A stretch of 64,000 nucleotides of DNA from Gammaproteobacteria bacterium (GTDB lineage: Bacteria; Pseudomonadota; Gammaproteobacteria; G965277405), in assembly GCA_965277405.1 (NCBI GenBank), contig OZ255726.1, positions 1,824,001 to 1,888,000 of the forward strand. Reading direction: 5' to 3'. This document shows positions 18,897 to 29,603 of the stretch, piece after piece (positions within the stretch are counted from its first letter, which is position 1; each line of letters begins with the position of its first letter). The notes under the pieces are model-generated. The model was not told the origin of the DNA and did no database searches. It saw only the letters and a program-made list of their open reading frames with translations. Position numbers and translations under genes: made by a program.

Positions 18897-21580
18897 TATG
18901 CGGGGGATATTGCGGCTAGGCCTTTGTGAATAACTTCGCGCAGGTCATTGCTGCACTGGGATGATTGCGCGCTTTGCAGTGCATCTTGCATTGCTTGTTG
19001 GCGTTTAAGGTCAAGTTTATTCCAACGGGTCAAGGCAACGGCCAGACGTGCTGCTATTTGTGGGTTGAAGGTGTCGATTCTGGATACTACATCGGCAATT
19101 ACACGATAGCCACTGCCATCAGCGCTATGAAATGCAACAGGGTTGTGCATGGAAAGTACCCCATATACAGCACGTACACGGTTTGGATTGCGCAGCGAAA
19201 ATGCAGGATGTTGTGCTAGCGCCGCAATATCCTGCAGCGTAGTGGGGTGCGGTCGACCTGCCTGAAGTTCAAACCATTGGTTGACCATGAGCGGGTCTTG
19301 TTGCCATTTGTTGTAAAACGCAGTGAGCAAGTCTGGAACGATCGCGGCGTTGGTAAATAAGTGCTGGTGGTGGACGAGGGCTTGGAGAGCCGCTTTGCCA
19401 TCAGTCATATTCGTTGCTGTCGTATATTGTCGTACCGCCAAAGCACTGTGGTCTGCTGTTGGATGGGAGAGCAACATCGATAACGCTAAATTTTGCAGGC
19501 GGCGTACCCCCGTTTGTTGCACACTGACGTCGTATGAACAGCTGGTGTTATACGCGTATAACTGCGTATACAGTTGCAGCCATTGGCTTGCAAATTGCTC
19601 GGCACATTCAGTGGTTAAAGTGTTTAAGTTGGCGTGCAACACAGCATAAGACTGCTGACTTTCATTGAGTAAATAGTTTAAATCTGGTAGCCGCAATATT
19701 TGTGATAGCAGGGCAAAACGTCTGCCAGAGGTGGTAATACTTGTTAAGCAATATTGTTGTGCTTGTTCCAATAGCGTGGCAAATATTTGCTGTAGGCAGC
19801 TGGCTGCAGCTGGATTATCCAAACAACCAGATTCAATCGCGCGCAGCTGTAAGATGCGCGCGGCATCCCAGCGCACAAAGTCATCGGTATCGTGTTGCGC
19901 CAACAAAACCAACCCAGCTAGTGGTTGTTGGTAGTGGATTTGTACAGGAGCAGAAAATCCGCGTAATAATGAGACAATCGGTGCTGTGTTGAGTGTATGA
20001 AACACAACCTGTTGTTGTGATGTATTACATTCAATAACACACTCTTGCTGGTTGGCAATGCCTTCACTGAATAGTGGTAATTGCTTACCTGCAGCATCGA
20101 ACAACGCGAGTCGGATTGGAATCAGCATTGGTTTGTTATCGCGCTGGCGTGGTAACGGCAAAAAAAACTGTTCAAATTGACACGTTAATGTTGCCGCAGC
20201 TGCGTCATATGTCGTGGTTATCTTTACCTGTGGTGTCCCTTCTTGGGAATACCACAACATAAACTGCTGCAAGTCTCTGCCGCTTGCTTGTTGCATACAG
20301 TCGATAAAGTTTTCAACGGTTGCCGCCTGACCGTCGAATGTTGCAAAGTAGCAGTCAGTCGCATTGCGAAATGTTGCCTTACCGAGTAATTGATACAGCA
20401 TGCGGATTAGTTCTGCCCCTTTCTCGTAGACCGTCAGGGTATAAAAATTACGAATTTCGACGTAGCTTGTTGGTCTGACAGGGTGGGCGGTAGCTGATGC
20501 GTCTTCAGCAAACTGTTGGGAGCGTAACACGATGACATCATCGATGCGCTTGAGTGCGGCAGAGTGCATAGCTGCGGTAAATTGCGAGTCTCGAAAAACC
20601 GTAAATCCTTCTTTTAAACTCAGTTGAAACCAGTCCCTGCAGGTGACACGATTTCCTGACCAATTATGAAAATATTCATGGGCAATAATCGCTTCAATTT
20701 TCTCAAAGGCAGCATCAACGCAGGTATCGCGGTGGGCAAGCACGCAACTTGTGTTAAAAATATTCAGCCCTTTATTCTCCATTGCCCCTGAATTAAAGTC
20801 GTCAGTTGCCACAATCATAAATTGGTCTAGGTCATATTCTCTGCCGTATTGTTGTTCATCCCAGCGCATGGCTTTTGCTAAAGCTTTGAGAGCAAAATCG
20901 CATTTATGGCTGTTGTGGTGCTCAACAAATATTTGCAATGGGATGATTTTGCCAGACTGGGTGGTAAACGTAGTTTGGGCACAGTGAAAATCGCCAGCAA
21001 CTAACGCAAACAGATAGCTTGGTTTGGGGTGTGGGTCATGCCATGTTGCAGTATGCCTACCACCAGCAAGCTGAGTTGATTCGATGAGATTTCCATTCGA
21101 TAATAGCTGCGGAAATAACTGCTTATCGCCGCGTAAAGTAACAGTGTATACCGCCAAGATATCTGGTCTATCCAGCATGAAGGTGATGCGGCGAAAGCCT
21201 TCAGCTTCGCATTGGGTACACAGCATTGCATTTGCTTGATACAACCCTTCAAGTGCATGGTTACTGCTGGGGTTGAGCGCGACTGTGGTTGTGAGTTGGC
21301 ATTGTGCCGGCAACGGCGCGTGGATTGTGAGGAGGGAATCTACATAGCTGTATGCCGCAGTTGGCAATGCGCCACCATCGATGGCAATTGCGCGTAATTG
21401 CAGCGACTCACCGTGAAGAATCAGCGGCGCATCATGGACGCGTTGCAGGGTGAGTGTGGCGTGGACTACGGTGTTGGCATAGTCCAAGTCAACGGTCAAT
21501 GCAACAGTGTTGACGCGCCATGGCGCGTGCGCATATTCTTTCAGTTTGCGAACGGGAAGTGTGGTCTCAGGGTTTTTCAT
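18896..21580 (-). CDS. pepN: Aminopeptidase N (M1 family)
   Basis: TQCEAEGFRRIT, GAMENKGLNIFN, HEYFHNW..LKEG and NPNRVRA motifs; start chosen at MKNPETT. Confidence 0.96.
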   Translation of the reverse strand: MKNPETTLPVRKLKEYAHAPWRVNTVALTVDLDYANTVVHATLTLQRVHDAPLILHGESLQLRAIAIDGGALPTAAYSYVDSLLTIHAPLPAQCQLTTTVALNPSSNHALEGLYQANAMLCTQCEAEGFRRITFMLDRPDILAVYTVTLRGDKQLFPQLLSNGNLIESTQLAGGRHTATWHDPHPKPSYLFALVAGDFHCAQTTFTTQSGKIIPLQIFVEHHNSHKCDFALKALAKAMRWDEQQYGREYDLDQFMIVATDDFNSGAMENKGLNIFNTSCVLAHRDTCVDAAFEKIEAIIAHEYFHNWSGNRVTCRDWFQLSLKEGFTVFRDSQFTAAMHSAALKRIDDVIVLRSQQFAEDASATAHPVRPTSYVEIRNFYTLTVYEKGAELIRMLYQLLGKATFRNATDCYFATFDGQAATVENFIDCMQQASGRDLQQFMLWYSQEGTPQVKITTTYDAAAATLTCQFEQFFLPLPRQRDNKPMLIPIRLALFDAAGKQLPLFSEGIANQQECVIECNTSQQQVVFHTLNTAPIVSLLRGFSAPVQIHYQQPLAGLVLLAQHDTDDFVRWDAARILQLRAIESGCLDNPAAASCLQQIFATLLEQAQQYCLTSITTSGRRFALLSQILRLPDLNYLLNESQQSYAVLHANLNTLTTECAEQFASQWLQLYTQLYAYNTSCSYDVSVQQTGVRRLQNLALSMLLSHPTADHSALAVRQYTTATNMTDGKAALQALVHHQHLFTNAAIVPDLLTAFYNKWQQDPLMVNQWFELQAGRPHPTTLQDIAALAQHPAFSLRNPNRVRAVYGVLSMHNPVAFHSADGSGYRVIADVVSRIDTFNPQIAARLAVALTRWNKLDLKRQQAMQDALQSAQSSQCSNDLREVIHKGLAAISPA

Positions 21581-21614
21581 GATATGCCTCATACGTTTGA
21601 GCGCCATAACTACG

Positions 21615-22196
21615 TTAGCGCCATGTTTCGACGGCGTTGCCATCTGATGTTACTAGCGATTGCATAGCTTGATCTGCTGCTGCAGCAAGTGTTTCTTTGT
21701 TGCAATATTCGCTTAAGTCGCGGTTGAGCTGTGCTGGATTGGTGAGAATGGAAAAACAATCAATTGGGGTGCTAAACACCCCGTAAGCCCAATCAACCAC
21801 ATTGTCTTCATCACTGACTAAAAAAGCTATTACACTGTATTGATAAGATTTTTTGGTGAGATTAAGATTATTAGGGTCGTAAATTGATTCCTTTTTGCGT
21901 AATTGGTGAAAGATAATCGACTGGTTATTATTCACATTTTCTTGCCGCCAACGATTGCGAACGTCTAATGTTAGATAGTGCAGCGGCGTGTACGCATTAT
22001 TGGTAATATTGTTGGCGATATTTAAACTCATTGGTGCGTTATAGATAGATGTATATTTTGTTCCAATCGTAGTGCGCAGCAGCAATTGGTCGGCAATTAA
22101 TTTCGAGGAAACTGGAACTCCATACCATTTTAATGGAGTTGAGCAACTGGAAAGTGATATTAGTAGGGTCAGTAATAAACAAAAACGTATGTACAT
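21615..22196 (-). CDS. Hypothetical lipoprotein
   Basis: Signal peptide with lipobox LSS-C; 193 aa. Confidence 0.65.
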   Translation of the reverse strand: MYIRFCLLLTLLISLSSCSTPLKWYGVPVSSKLIADQLLLRTTIGTKYTSIYNAPMSLNIANNITNNAYTPLHYLTLDVRNRWRQENVNNNQSIIFHQLRKKESIYDPNNLNLTKKSYQYSVIAFLVSDEDNVVDWAYGVFSTPIDCFSILTNPAQLNRDLSEYCNKETLAAAADQAMQSLVTSDGNAVETWR

Positions 22197-22217
22197 AATC
22201 AGAGGTTCCGAGTTTCC

Positions 22218-23504
22218 TTAGCGTTTCAGGAACTCTTTGAGGGAATAATACCCCATACCTAGTGCCAGCAATGGCGACCGCAGCCAATGTCCACCAGGGA
22301 ATGGATGGTGATGTATTTTCATCCAATCATCAATATCATTGTTTATATTGGCTATAGCATCAGCAACAACTTGTGCAGCCACGTGGGTTACGTTGATGCC
22401 ATGACCAGAAAAAGCTTGTGCATAATACACATTTGGCTGCTCTAAGTGGCGTCCAATTTGTGGAATACGGTTCATGCCTATGCCAATTTGTCCCGACCAC
22501 GCATATTCAAACCGCGTAGCGGCAAGATAAGGGAATACTCTACGCATGTGGCTTGACAGTGTCGTACGAATATCTCCAATAACTTTGCCTGAATAATTAC
22601 AAACGCCGCCAAATAACAGTCGTTTATCTGGCGTAATGCGAAAATAATCAACCATCACCGTCATGTCTGAAAAAGCAATATTCTGTGGGTTTATCTGGGC
22701 AATTTGGGCATCACTTAATGGTTGGGTAGCAGCATTGTAGGCGCAGGCAGGCATTACTTTTGCAGCAATGTTGTTGTCGAGCCCGTGTTGCCAATAGCCA
22801 TTGCAGCACCAAACGATTGCATCGCAGGTTATGCTAGCACAGGCTGTTCTAATCTGAATTTTTTTACCGTAGTCAACTGCTATAACCTGACTGTTTTCAT
22901 AGATGCTAACTCCTGCATGTTGCGCGGCAATTGCTTCACCAAGCACCAGCTTAAGCGGATGGATATGCGCGCTGCCATAGTCGACCAATCCGCCTATGTA
23001 ACGTGGTGAATCGATATATTTTGTCAATGATTGGCTATCTAGTAATGCATATTTGTGGGGGTAGCCGTCTTGTTGCAATTGGGCATATTCAAACGCTAAA
23101 TCATCCATATGCCGTTGTTTCAGTGCAAGCTGGCAATGACCAAAATGCCAATCACAGTCAATGTTGTATTGTTGCATGCGCTGGTAGACCAGCTCCACAG
23201 AGGTAGACCCTGCGTGTTCGATGTTTTCGGCAATAGCAGGCGGAAGTCGGTCGTGCAATGCCGTGGATGGAGCGCTAAACCCGCGGATAACTTGTCCACC
23301 ATTGCGCCCTGAAGCACCCCAGCCAATTGTTTGCGCTTCAAGCAGAATTGTGTTGATATTGTGTTCGCTGAGTGACAGGGCGGTATTCACTCCAGCAAAA
23401 CCACCACCAATCACCACAACCCTGGCGTTGAGTTGACCGACACATTGTTGAAAGCTGGGAAGATCACAGCTTGCTGCGTACCATGAATTAATATGTTTAG
23501 TCAT
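22218..23504 (-). CDS. puuB: FAD-dependent oxidoreductase, gamma-glutamylputrescine oxidase (PuuB/OrdL family)
   Basis: SWYAAS, IGGGFAG, GWGASGRNGGQ, HIHPLKL, DYFRIT..RLLFGG and SGHGIN motifs. Confidence 0.8.
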   Translation of the reverse strand: MTKHINSWYAASCDLPSFQQCVGQLNARVVVIGGGFAGVNTALSLSEHNINTILLEAQTIGWGASGRNGGQVIRGFSAPSTALHDRLPPAIAENIEHAGSTSVELVYQRMQQYNIDCDWHFGHCQLALKQRHMDDLAFEYAQLQQDGYPHKYALLDSQSLTKYIDSPRYIGGLVDYGSAHIHPLKLVLGEAIAAQHAGVSIYENSQVIAVDYGKKIQIRTACASITCDAIVWCCNGYWQHGLDNNIAAKVMPACAYNAATQPLSDAQIAQINPQNIAFSDMTVMVDYFRITPDKRLLFGGVCNYSGKVIGDIRTTLSSHMRRVFPYLAATRFEYAWSGQIGIGMNRIPQIGRHLEQPNVYYAQAFSGHGINVTHVAAQVVADAIANINNDIDDWMKIHHHPFPGGHWLRSPLLALGMGYYSLKEFLKR

Positions 23505-23566
23505 ACTTCTTATTGTTTACAATACAATGGTTACAATATTAGCACATTACGTATTAATCACAGAAA

Positions 23567-24922
23567 ATGGATATAAACCAACTGAAGAAAGTACAAGACT
23601 GGCTATATGAACGTGATATAACAGAAGTTGAGTGTGTTATTGGCGATTTTGGCGGGGTAGCGCGTGGGAAAATTGCTCCAGTCAATAAGTTTGTTCAAGA
23701 AAAAGGCATGCGCCTACCAGAAAGCGTATTATTACAAAGCATTACGGGAGCATATGTCGAAGATAAGCTATATTATTCATTGCTCGATAAAAGTGATATT
23801 GATTTCTATTGTGAGCCAGATTGTGATGCGATGTTTGAGCTACCATGGCTAGATGAACGCAGTGCGTTAGTTATTCATAATAGTTATTACCGTGATGGGC
23901 AACCAGTAAATTTATCTCCCAGAAACGTGTTGAAACAAGTGTTATCAATGTACGAGGAAAAAGGCTGGACACCAATCATTGCCCCAGAAATGGAATTTTA
24001 TTTGACAGCCAAAAATAATGATCCTGATTATCCATTAAAACCGCCTGTTGGTAGCTCAGGGAGGTATGAAAGTGGTAGACAGTCGTTTTCTATTGCCGCA
24101 ACAAATGAATTTCAACTATTATTTGAAGACATGTATGCATGGTGTGAAAAGCAGGGGTTGAATATCGACACGCTAATCCATGAAGAGGGTACTGCGCAAA
24201 TGGAAATTAATTTTTGTCATGACAGCGCATTGTTGCTCGCTGACCACGTGTTTGTGTTTAAACGCACCCTGCGCGAAGCTGCGAAAAAACATAATATTGT
24301 TGCTACGTTTATGGCAAAGCCGATCACCAATGAACCAGGAAGTTCAATGCACATTCATCAAAGTATTGTTGACGCGGCTGGAAAAAATATTTTTATTGAC
24401 GCCGCTGGAGAAAAAACGGAGTTGTTTTTTCATTACATTGGTGGCTTGCAACAGCTCATGGTGCATATGCTGCCGTTGGTTGCCCCAAACGTGAACTCAT
24501 TTCGCAGGTTTTTGCCAAACTCATCAACGCCAATTAATACCTGCTGGGGCTATGAAAATCGGAATTGTTCAATCCGTATTCCTGAGTCAACTTTACAAGC
24601 AACGCGAGCAGAAAACCGAATTGCAGGTGCCGATGCAAATAGCTATTTGGCGATCGCGGCAAGCCTGCTCGGTGGATATATTGGCATGGTCGAACGCATC
24701 GCACCAACTGCACCGACAGAAGGTCGTGATGATATTTCTAAAAATGATTTTCCGCAAACGCTCAATGCCGCGCTGGATATTATGCAACAAAGCATAATCC
24801 TACCAAAGTACATCGATAATAGTTTCCTTAAGGCATATATCGCGACCAAGCGGGTTGAGTTGGGTGAATTTGATAAAGTAATCAGTGCTTGGGAACGTGA
24901 GTTTTTATTATTGAGCGTGTAG
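23567..24922 (+). CDS. Glutamine synthetase-like gamma-glutamylpolyamine synthetase (PuuA/SpuB family)
   Basis: GVARGK, APEMEFYL, HEEGTAQMEINF, ATFMAKP..PGSSMHIHQS and ISAWEREFLLLSV motifs; divergent from puuB. Confidence 0.85.
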   Translation: MDINQLKKVQDWLYERDITEVECVIGDFGGVARGKIAPVNKFVQEKGMRLPESVLLQSITGAYVEDKLYYSLLDKSDIDFYCEPDCDAMFELPWLDERSALVIHNSYYRDGQPVNLSPRNVLKQVLSMYEEKGWTPIIAPEMEFYLTAKNNDPDYPLKPPVGSSGRYESGRQSFSIAATNEFQLLFEDMYAWCEKQGLNIDTLIHEEGTAQMEINFCHDSALLLADHVFVFKRTLREAAKKHNIVATFMAKPITNEPGSSMHIHQSIVDAAGKNIFIDAAGEKTELFFHYIGGLQQLMVHMLPLVAPNVNSFRRFLPNSSTPINTCWGYENRNCSIRIPESTLQATRAENRIAGADANSYLAIAASLLGGYIGMVERIAPTAPTEGRDDISKNDFPQTLNAALDIMQQSIILPKYIDNSFLKAYIATKRVELGEFDKVISAWEREFLLLSV

Positions 24923-25024
24923 TCGGGTTATCTATATTCAATCAGCATTTCAATGTCGCGTGCACCTTTGATGAGCTTGGCAACAACAATTTTACTGATT
25001 ACATCAAGCGAGAGTCGTTGTTTG

Positions 25025-25076
25025 GGAACCTCTGATCAACTCGCTGATGAAGCAAGTTTGTTGCCAATTGCTGATG
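25025..25076 (+). repeat. Degenerate MITE end overlapping the nfeD 3' end
   Basis: ggaacctctgatcaactcgctgatgaagcaagtttgttgccaattgctgatg aligns with the MITE terminus. Confidence 0.75.
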
Positions 25077-25509
25077 CGGTGGCGGGTATTACCTTAAACA
25101 CGCCAACTTCAACCGAGCAGACCTTGACTGTTGCCCCAGAGGGAATGCGTGCAATATTTGCATTTGGGGCGAGTTCAACGCGCCAGTTGATGCCAGAATA
25201 TTGCGTCGTGCTAGCTTGTGCTGACGTTATGTCGCTATCGATAACAAACATGTGACCGACCAAGTCGCTGCTGTTATCTTTGGCGATTGGACCCTTGCCT
25301 TGCAGGCGTTTGAATGGTATCCATAGCAACGCGGTGATGATACCTGTCCAAATGCCTGTACTGGCAATGCCGAAAACCCAAGACTCAGCAAGCACACCAG
25401 TCGTCATCAATATGCCTGTGGTCAGTGCAGCAAGCCCAGTAAATATAAACACACCTGTGCTAAAACCGCTGATGATTTCGATGATGAGCATCATGAAGCC
25501 GAAAAACAA
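25036..25509 (-). CDS. Short NfeD/YbbJ-family membrane protein (true start uncertain, frame open to about 25557)
   Basis: N-terminal TM helices (IIEIISG..GLAAL), OB-fold C-terminus (YSGINWR..G..VKV..VEVG); follows the SPFH gene. Confidence 0.8.
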   Translation of the reverse strand: MFFGFMMLIIEIISGFSTGVFIFTGLAALTTGILMTTGVLAESWVFGIASTGIWTGIITALLWIPFKRLQGKGPIAKDNSSDLVGHMFVIDSDITSAQASTTQYSGINWRVELAPNANIARIPSGATVKVCSVEVGVFKVIPATASAIGNKLASSAS

Positions 25510-25562
25510 CCAAAACTGGGTTGGATGGCTTTGAATATACTCAATAATAATTATCGTATTCC

Positions 25563-26510
25563 TTAAGAATTTTTGCTGTTTAGCGTGTTTATAATCGTCA
25601 TCGCTTCAGCAACCACATTGGCAGCATTAGATTTGCCTTCAGGCAACAGCACAACAGTTGAGTCTTTCGCAATTGCGCGTTTCGCCTCAATTGCTTTTTC
25701 GGCAAGATTGAGTTGAATCGCTTTTTGCCCTACAGGCGTATCTGCGACTTGTCCAACGGTATCTAGCGCTTTTGCTTGTGCATCGGCGACTGCAATAATT
25801 GCTTGCGCTTCACCTTCTGCGCGTAAGATTTGCTCGGTTTTATCTGCTTCTGCGGAGAGCACTTGGGCCTGCTTGGCTCCTTCTGCAACATTGATTGCCG
25901 ATTGGCGGGTTCCTTCGGATTCTAAAATAGTAGCGCGTTTTTCTCGCTCAGCTTTCATTTGGCGTTCCATCGCGTCAAGGATAGTACGTGGTGGTTCGAT
26001 GTCTTTAATTTCATAGCGCAGCACTTGGACACCCCATGGTTCTGATGCTGAGTTTATCGAAGAGACGATGTTGCTATTGAGACTCTCGCGCTCTTCAAAA
26101 GTTTTGTCTAAATCAATTTTACCAATTTCACTGCGCATCGTGGTTTGTGCGAGTTGGGTAATGGCGAAGGAATAGTTCTCCACACCATATGATGCTTTAT
26201 AGGCGTCGAGAATTTTAAGATACAACACTCCATCAACAACCAATGAGATATTATCCTTGGTGATGGCAGCTTGGCTGGGCACATCGTAGGCCTGTTCTTT
26301 TAAGGATTGGTTGTACGATACTTTGTCAATGAAAGGGACAAGCATGTTAAGACCAGCGGTCATAGTGGTGTTGTATTTACCAAACCGTTCAACTACAAGC
26401 GCGCGGTTTTGTGGCACAAACTTGATTGAAAATTTGACCATGATAATAACCAAGATGGTCAAACCCACCCAAAAGTTAAAAATAAGACCTAATAGTTGCT
26501 CAATGTTCAT
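25563..26510 (-). CDS. SPFH/stomatin-like protein (QmcA/paraslipin family)
   Basis: VVERFGKY, AITKDNI, LAQTTMRSEIGK and QMKAEREKRA motifs. Confidence 0.92.
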   Translation of the reverse strand: MNIEQLLGLIFNFWVGLTILVIIMVKFSIKFVPQNRALVVERFGKYNTTMTAGLNMLVPFIDKVSYNQSLKEQAYDVPSQAAITKDNISLVVDGVLYLKILDAYKASYGVENYSFAITQLAQTTMRSEIGKIDLDKTFEERESLNSNIVSSINSASEPWGVQVLRYEIKDIEPPRTILDAMERQMKAEREKRATILESEGTRQSAINVAEGAKQAQVLSAEADKTEQILRAEGEAQAIIAVADAQAKALDTVGQVADTPVGQKAIQLNLAEKAIEAKRAIAKDSTVVLLPEGKSNAANVVAEAMTIINTLNSKNS

Positions 26511-26720
26511 TGATAGTACTCGCTGTCCTTTAAGATAAAAATTTATTATAGCGGCTCACTATGATAAATGTGAAGTGCCGTGCGTTAATCGAATCTTTGC
26601 AAATGTATCAGTTAAGACTGGCTGCAATCTTATTGTTTTTTGGAAGATATCCATGCGGCTACTATCTCAAGAAACTCACACTCATAGCACCAAACAACAC
26701 ACTCATGCTTGATTATCTAA

Positions 26721-26943
26721 GGAAGCTCTGATTAAGTCCATGACGGGCGAGACGGAGCAAAAACGCTGCTGATAAATTAAGCGCAGTGCGCAGATAATAC
26801 TGCTGGGTATTATTAAGTGCTGCAACGACGTTAGTGCAGCGGTTTTGCTCAGTTCTTCTGTTGAATATACTTTGGGTTTGCGCCGTGCAATCATCAGCAA
26901 TTGCAGGCAAACTCGCTCACTCGGCGGCTTAATCAGAGGTTCC
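26721..26943 (-). mobile_element. MITE (223 bp, internal deletion) with perfect CTAA target-site duplication
   Basis: ctaa|ggaagctctgattaag...cttaatcagaggttcc|ctaa. Confidence 0.92.
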
Positions 26944-27023
26944 CTAAGCATATGAGGCGTTATTTTTTTTAGCCCTGCCCTCTGGTAGCTGGCAGTAACT
27001 AATTTGTTGATACTATTACGGCA

Positions 27024-27229
27024 AATGAATGCTTAATGAACCTTTGATTAAGGTAATATTTGCACCCAATTGTGCTCACGATAACAGCAATGCGTCAATA
27101 TTTTCTATTGTTTATCTCCGTGTCGTCGTCACTTTTCTTCTGTATAACTTTCACTTTTCCATTCATTGCATACAGCTTGGCTATTTTCGAACCCCTATCT
27201 AGCCAATAAATTAAGCGTAGCGTTGCTAA
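27024..27229 (-). repeat. Left arm of a 206-bp inverted repeat
   Basis: Reverse complement of 30837-31042, with about 7 mismatches counted by eye. Confidence 0.93.
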
Positions 27230-27325
27230 CATCTCCATGTGTTCATACCACCGTGTAATCGTTTCGATCAAATCATGCATTTCACGAATTATATTTTGCA
27301 TGTGTAGAGACCATCGCAATAACAT
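27095..27325 (-). pseudogene. C-terminal fragment resembling GbsR/MarR-type regulators
   Basis: EMHDLIETITRWY..M..L..L..GSKIAKL resembles the C-terminus of GbsR-family proteins; no HTH N-terminus present. Confidence 0.4.
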
Positions 27326-27374
27326 ATGTTTTCATAAAAAATATCTTTATTCCTCATTACTCAAAAATCATCCT

Positions 27375-27714
27375 ATGCGTGTATCAACAGGTCAGAATCT
27401 TAGTTTTACTGATGCTTTGGGAGGAAATCCCCTCTAGTGAACTTGATTGTTTGGAAGAGCTCATACATTGGAAAGATCTGCGCCAACACCTGCGCATTGT
27501 GGCTGGAGACTATGACAATATCAGTATGTTTAAAATACTGTTATTAACAACATGGTACACCTTAGCGGATGAAGCAGTGAGCCATGCAGTTACTCGCGAT
27601 TTAGTTTGCATGAAGTTTGGTAATTTTACTCTTGCAGGCTGCTTGTGCGGCAATGTGTGTCTGTTTGCGGAAAAGGTAGTGGAACATAATCTTTTCAAAG
27701 CCCTCCTTAGATAG
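27375..27714 (+). pseudogene. Transposase N-terminal remnant (IS5-like, DUF772)
   Basis: QNLSFTD, then after a frameshift LEELIHW..MFKILLLTTWYTLADEAV..RDLVCMKF. Confidence 0.7.
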
Positions 27715-28146
27715 CAGCAATGCTGCCATTGAACGTCAAGGCTTTAAACTTAGCAATGCCAATATGTATCGGCGGATGCATGGGGTGTTGCAGTGGTCTT
27801 CTAGTAGGCTTTATATGCAGGTATACAGAATAGTCAAGAAAAAAGTAGATAGGTAGAGAGATAAAGAATGTAAGAAAGTAGAGACGTAAATAAGTCTACT
27901 AGTAGATAGGTAAAAAAGCAGTCTAGTAATACGGGTATAAAACTTGACTTTGTTTTATTTTGAATAGGATAGGGGTATCGACAAAAAATTATTATGTATA
28001 TTTTTTACATAATTTCATTTAGCGCCAAACATGGGAATAGATGAAGTTTTTTGTAGATACTAAATGACATCTGTTTCCTTTTTTGTGTATGGAAATAGGT
28101 GGTTTGTCGCTAAACAGGAAGCCCATATAAGGGGTTTTCTTTTAAT

Positions 28147-28464
28147 TTACAAGTTTTTATTTGTTATGCGTTCGTCTAAAATAGAACGCCATTGACGATG
28201 AAGCTCCGCAACGAGATAAACGGCAACTTGTTTTTTGTCTTCGTTGGGCTCGTAGGCAACAATATAATTATCCAACACAAACAATCTAATTCCGTCTTTA
28301 TAAGAAACGCCAGAAAAGGGCAGGGTAGATAATGTATTTTTTGTGAGCTCTTGGAGTTTATCAATAAATCTAAGAGCATTTTTTGGACTGTCAGTGGCTA
28401 TATAGTCAAGTATTTCATAAAAATCCTGATTAGCAATATCAGTGAAAATAACTTCATAATTCAT
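28147..28464 (-). CDS. ParE/RelE-family toxin
   Basis: YEVIFTDIANQDFYEILDYIATDSPKNA..LSTLPFSG..R..NYIVAY pattern. Confidence 0.88.
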   Translation of the reverse strand: MNYEVIFTDIANQDFYEILDYIATDSPKNALRFIDKLQELTKNTLSTLPFSGVSYKDGIRLFVLDNYIVAYEPNEDKKQVAVYLVAELHRQWRSILDERITNKNL

Positions 28465-28467
28465 GCG

Positions 28468-28725
28468 TTAGGCAAGGTTAGACATATATTTGCCTTTGAC
28501 ATAATCACGGGCTTTATCAAAATAAGCATCATCAGCAACAGTGAATTTACCGTCCTCTACTTGTTGGCGTCCTAGAGCTATACGCTCATCAAGTTGTGAG
28601 TTTATAGACGACTTGATTTGATTTCTTAACGCTTCACGGATTACCTCACTTGCTGAGGCGTAATGCCCTGTTTCAAGTTGGCCAGCTACGTATTCTTCTA
28701 GGACTTTGGTTAGAGATATGTTCAT
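28468..28725 (-). CDS. ParD-family RHH antitoxin
   Basis: MNISLT..YV..QLETGHYASASEVIREALR; directly upstream of the ParE-type toxin. Confidence 0.9.
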   Translation of the reverse strand: MNISLTKVLEEYVAGQLETGHYASASEVIREALRNQIKSSINSQLDERIALGRQQVEDGKFTVADDAYFDKARDYVKGKYMSNLA

Positions 28726-28913
28726 GTTTACTCTTATTAAAAAAAAATAATTTAACACTAAACAGTATATATAAATAACAAAAAATGTCAATTCTTGTTA
28801 TTTTTAGGTATAAGCCTTTAGGAGAAATTGCAAGCTATAGCAAAAAATGTTGACATTAGCACAAAATCCTATTTCATTGCTAGCATAGGTTTATTTTCTA
28901 ACGAGGTGTGATT

Positions 28914-29096
28914 ATGACTACGAAATCTATAAGCGTTTCCGCTAATATTCCCGTAGAGCTAGGAGAGATGCTAGACAAAGTTTCACGGGCTGAGGAAAGG
29001 TCTAAAAGCTACTACATCAAAAAAGGGCTAGAGCAATTATTGAGAGATAGGCTAGAGGATTTAGAGGACTATCAAGACGCAAATACTGCTCGATAA
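28914..29096 (+). CDS. Orphan RHH antitoxin (RelB/CopG-like), probably truncated
   Basis: SVSANIP..LDKVSRAEERSKSYYIKKGL..LEDLEDY; GAGG RBS; no toxin follows. Confidence 0.7.
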   Translation: MTTKSISVSANIPVELGEMLDKVSRAEERSKSYYIKKGLEQLLRDRLEDLEDYQDANTAR

Positions 29097-29537
29097 TAGT
29101 TATTAATACTAATTGATGTCCACGGATGAATGCCAGCAGCAGAGCGATTATAATCCCAATCCCCTCGCCTTGCCTTTTAGCTGAATCAAACCTTTGCCAT
29201 GTATAACCGTTTTGAGTTTTTCAGATATGCTCTTGTAATTTTTCATTGTTTTGACGCCCAAGACATTGTGAAGGATGCCATTGCTCCGGCAGCAGGTCAA
29301 TCTCTACTAACGTAACCGATAGCATATGCATTTGCAGTAAAAATACATGCAACAATTAATAGAAATGTAAAGTTAAAATATTTTTTCATGTGCTAAAGCT
29401 CCCTGTCTCTTAGTTATATTAGATTAACTACTTTAAGTAAACGCGATTATCATACACAGTCGAATTCAAATTATTTTCAACTTTCTGCATTATAGTTGAA
29501 GTGCAGAATGTTACAAATCAAAATCTTGGCATAACTT

Positions 29538-29574
29538 TTGACAGAATCGCACTTTCGCACTTTCGCACTATAAT
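29538..29574 (+). promoter_or_regulatory. Consensus -35/-10 hexamers separated by a 25-bp spacer made of 8-bp tandem repeats
   Basis: TTGACA-gaa(tcgcactt)(tcgcactt)tcgcac-TATAAT upstream of the AbrB-PIN pair. Confidence 0.75.
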
Positions 29575-29603
29575 ACTGACATTACTTTCTAACCATACAA
29601 GCT

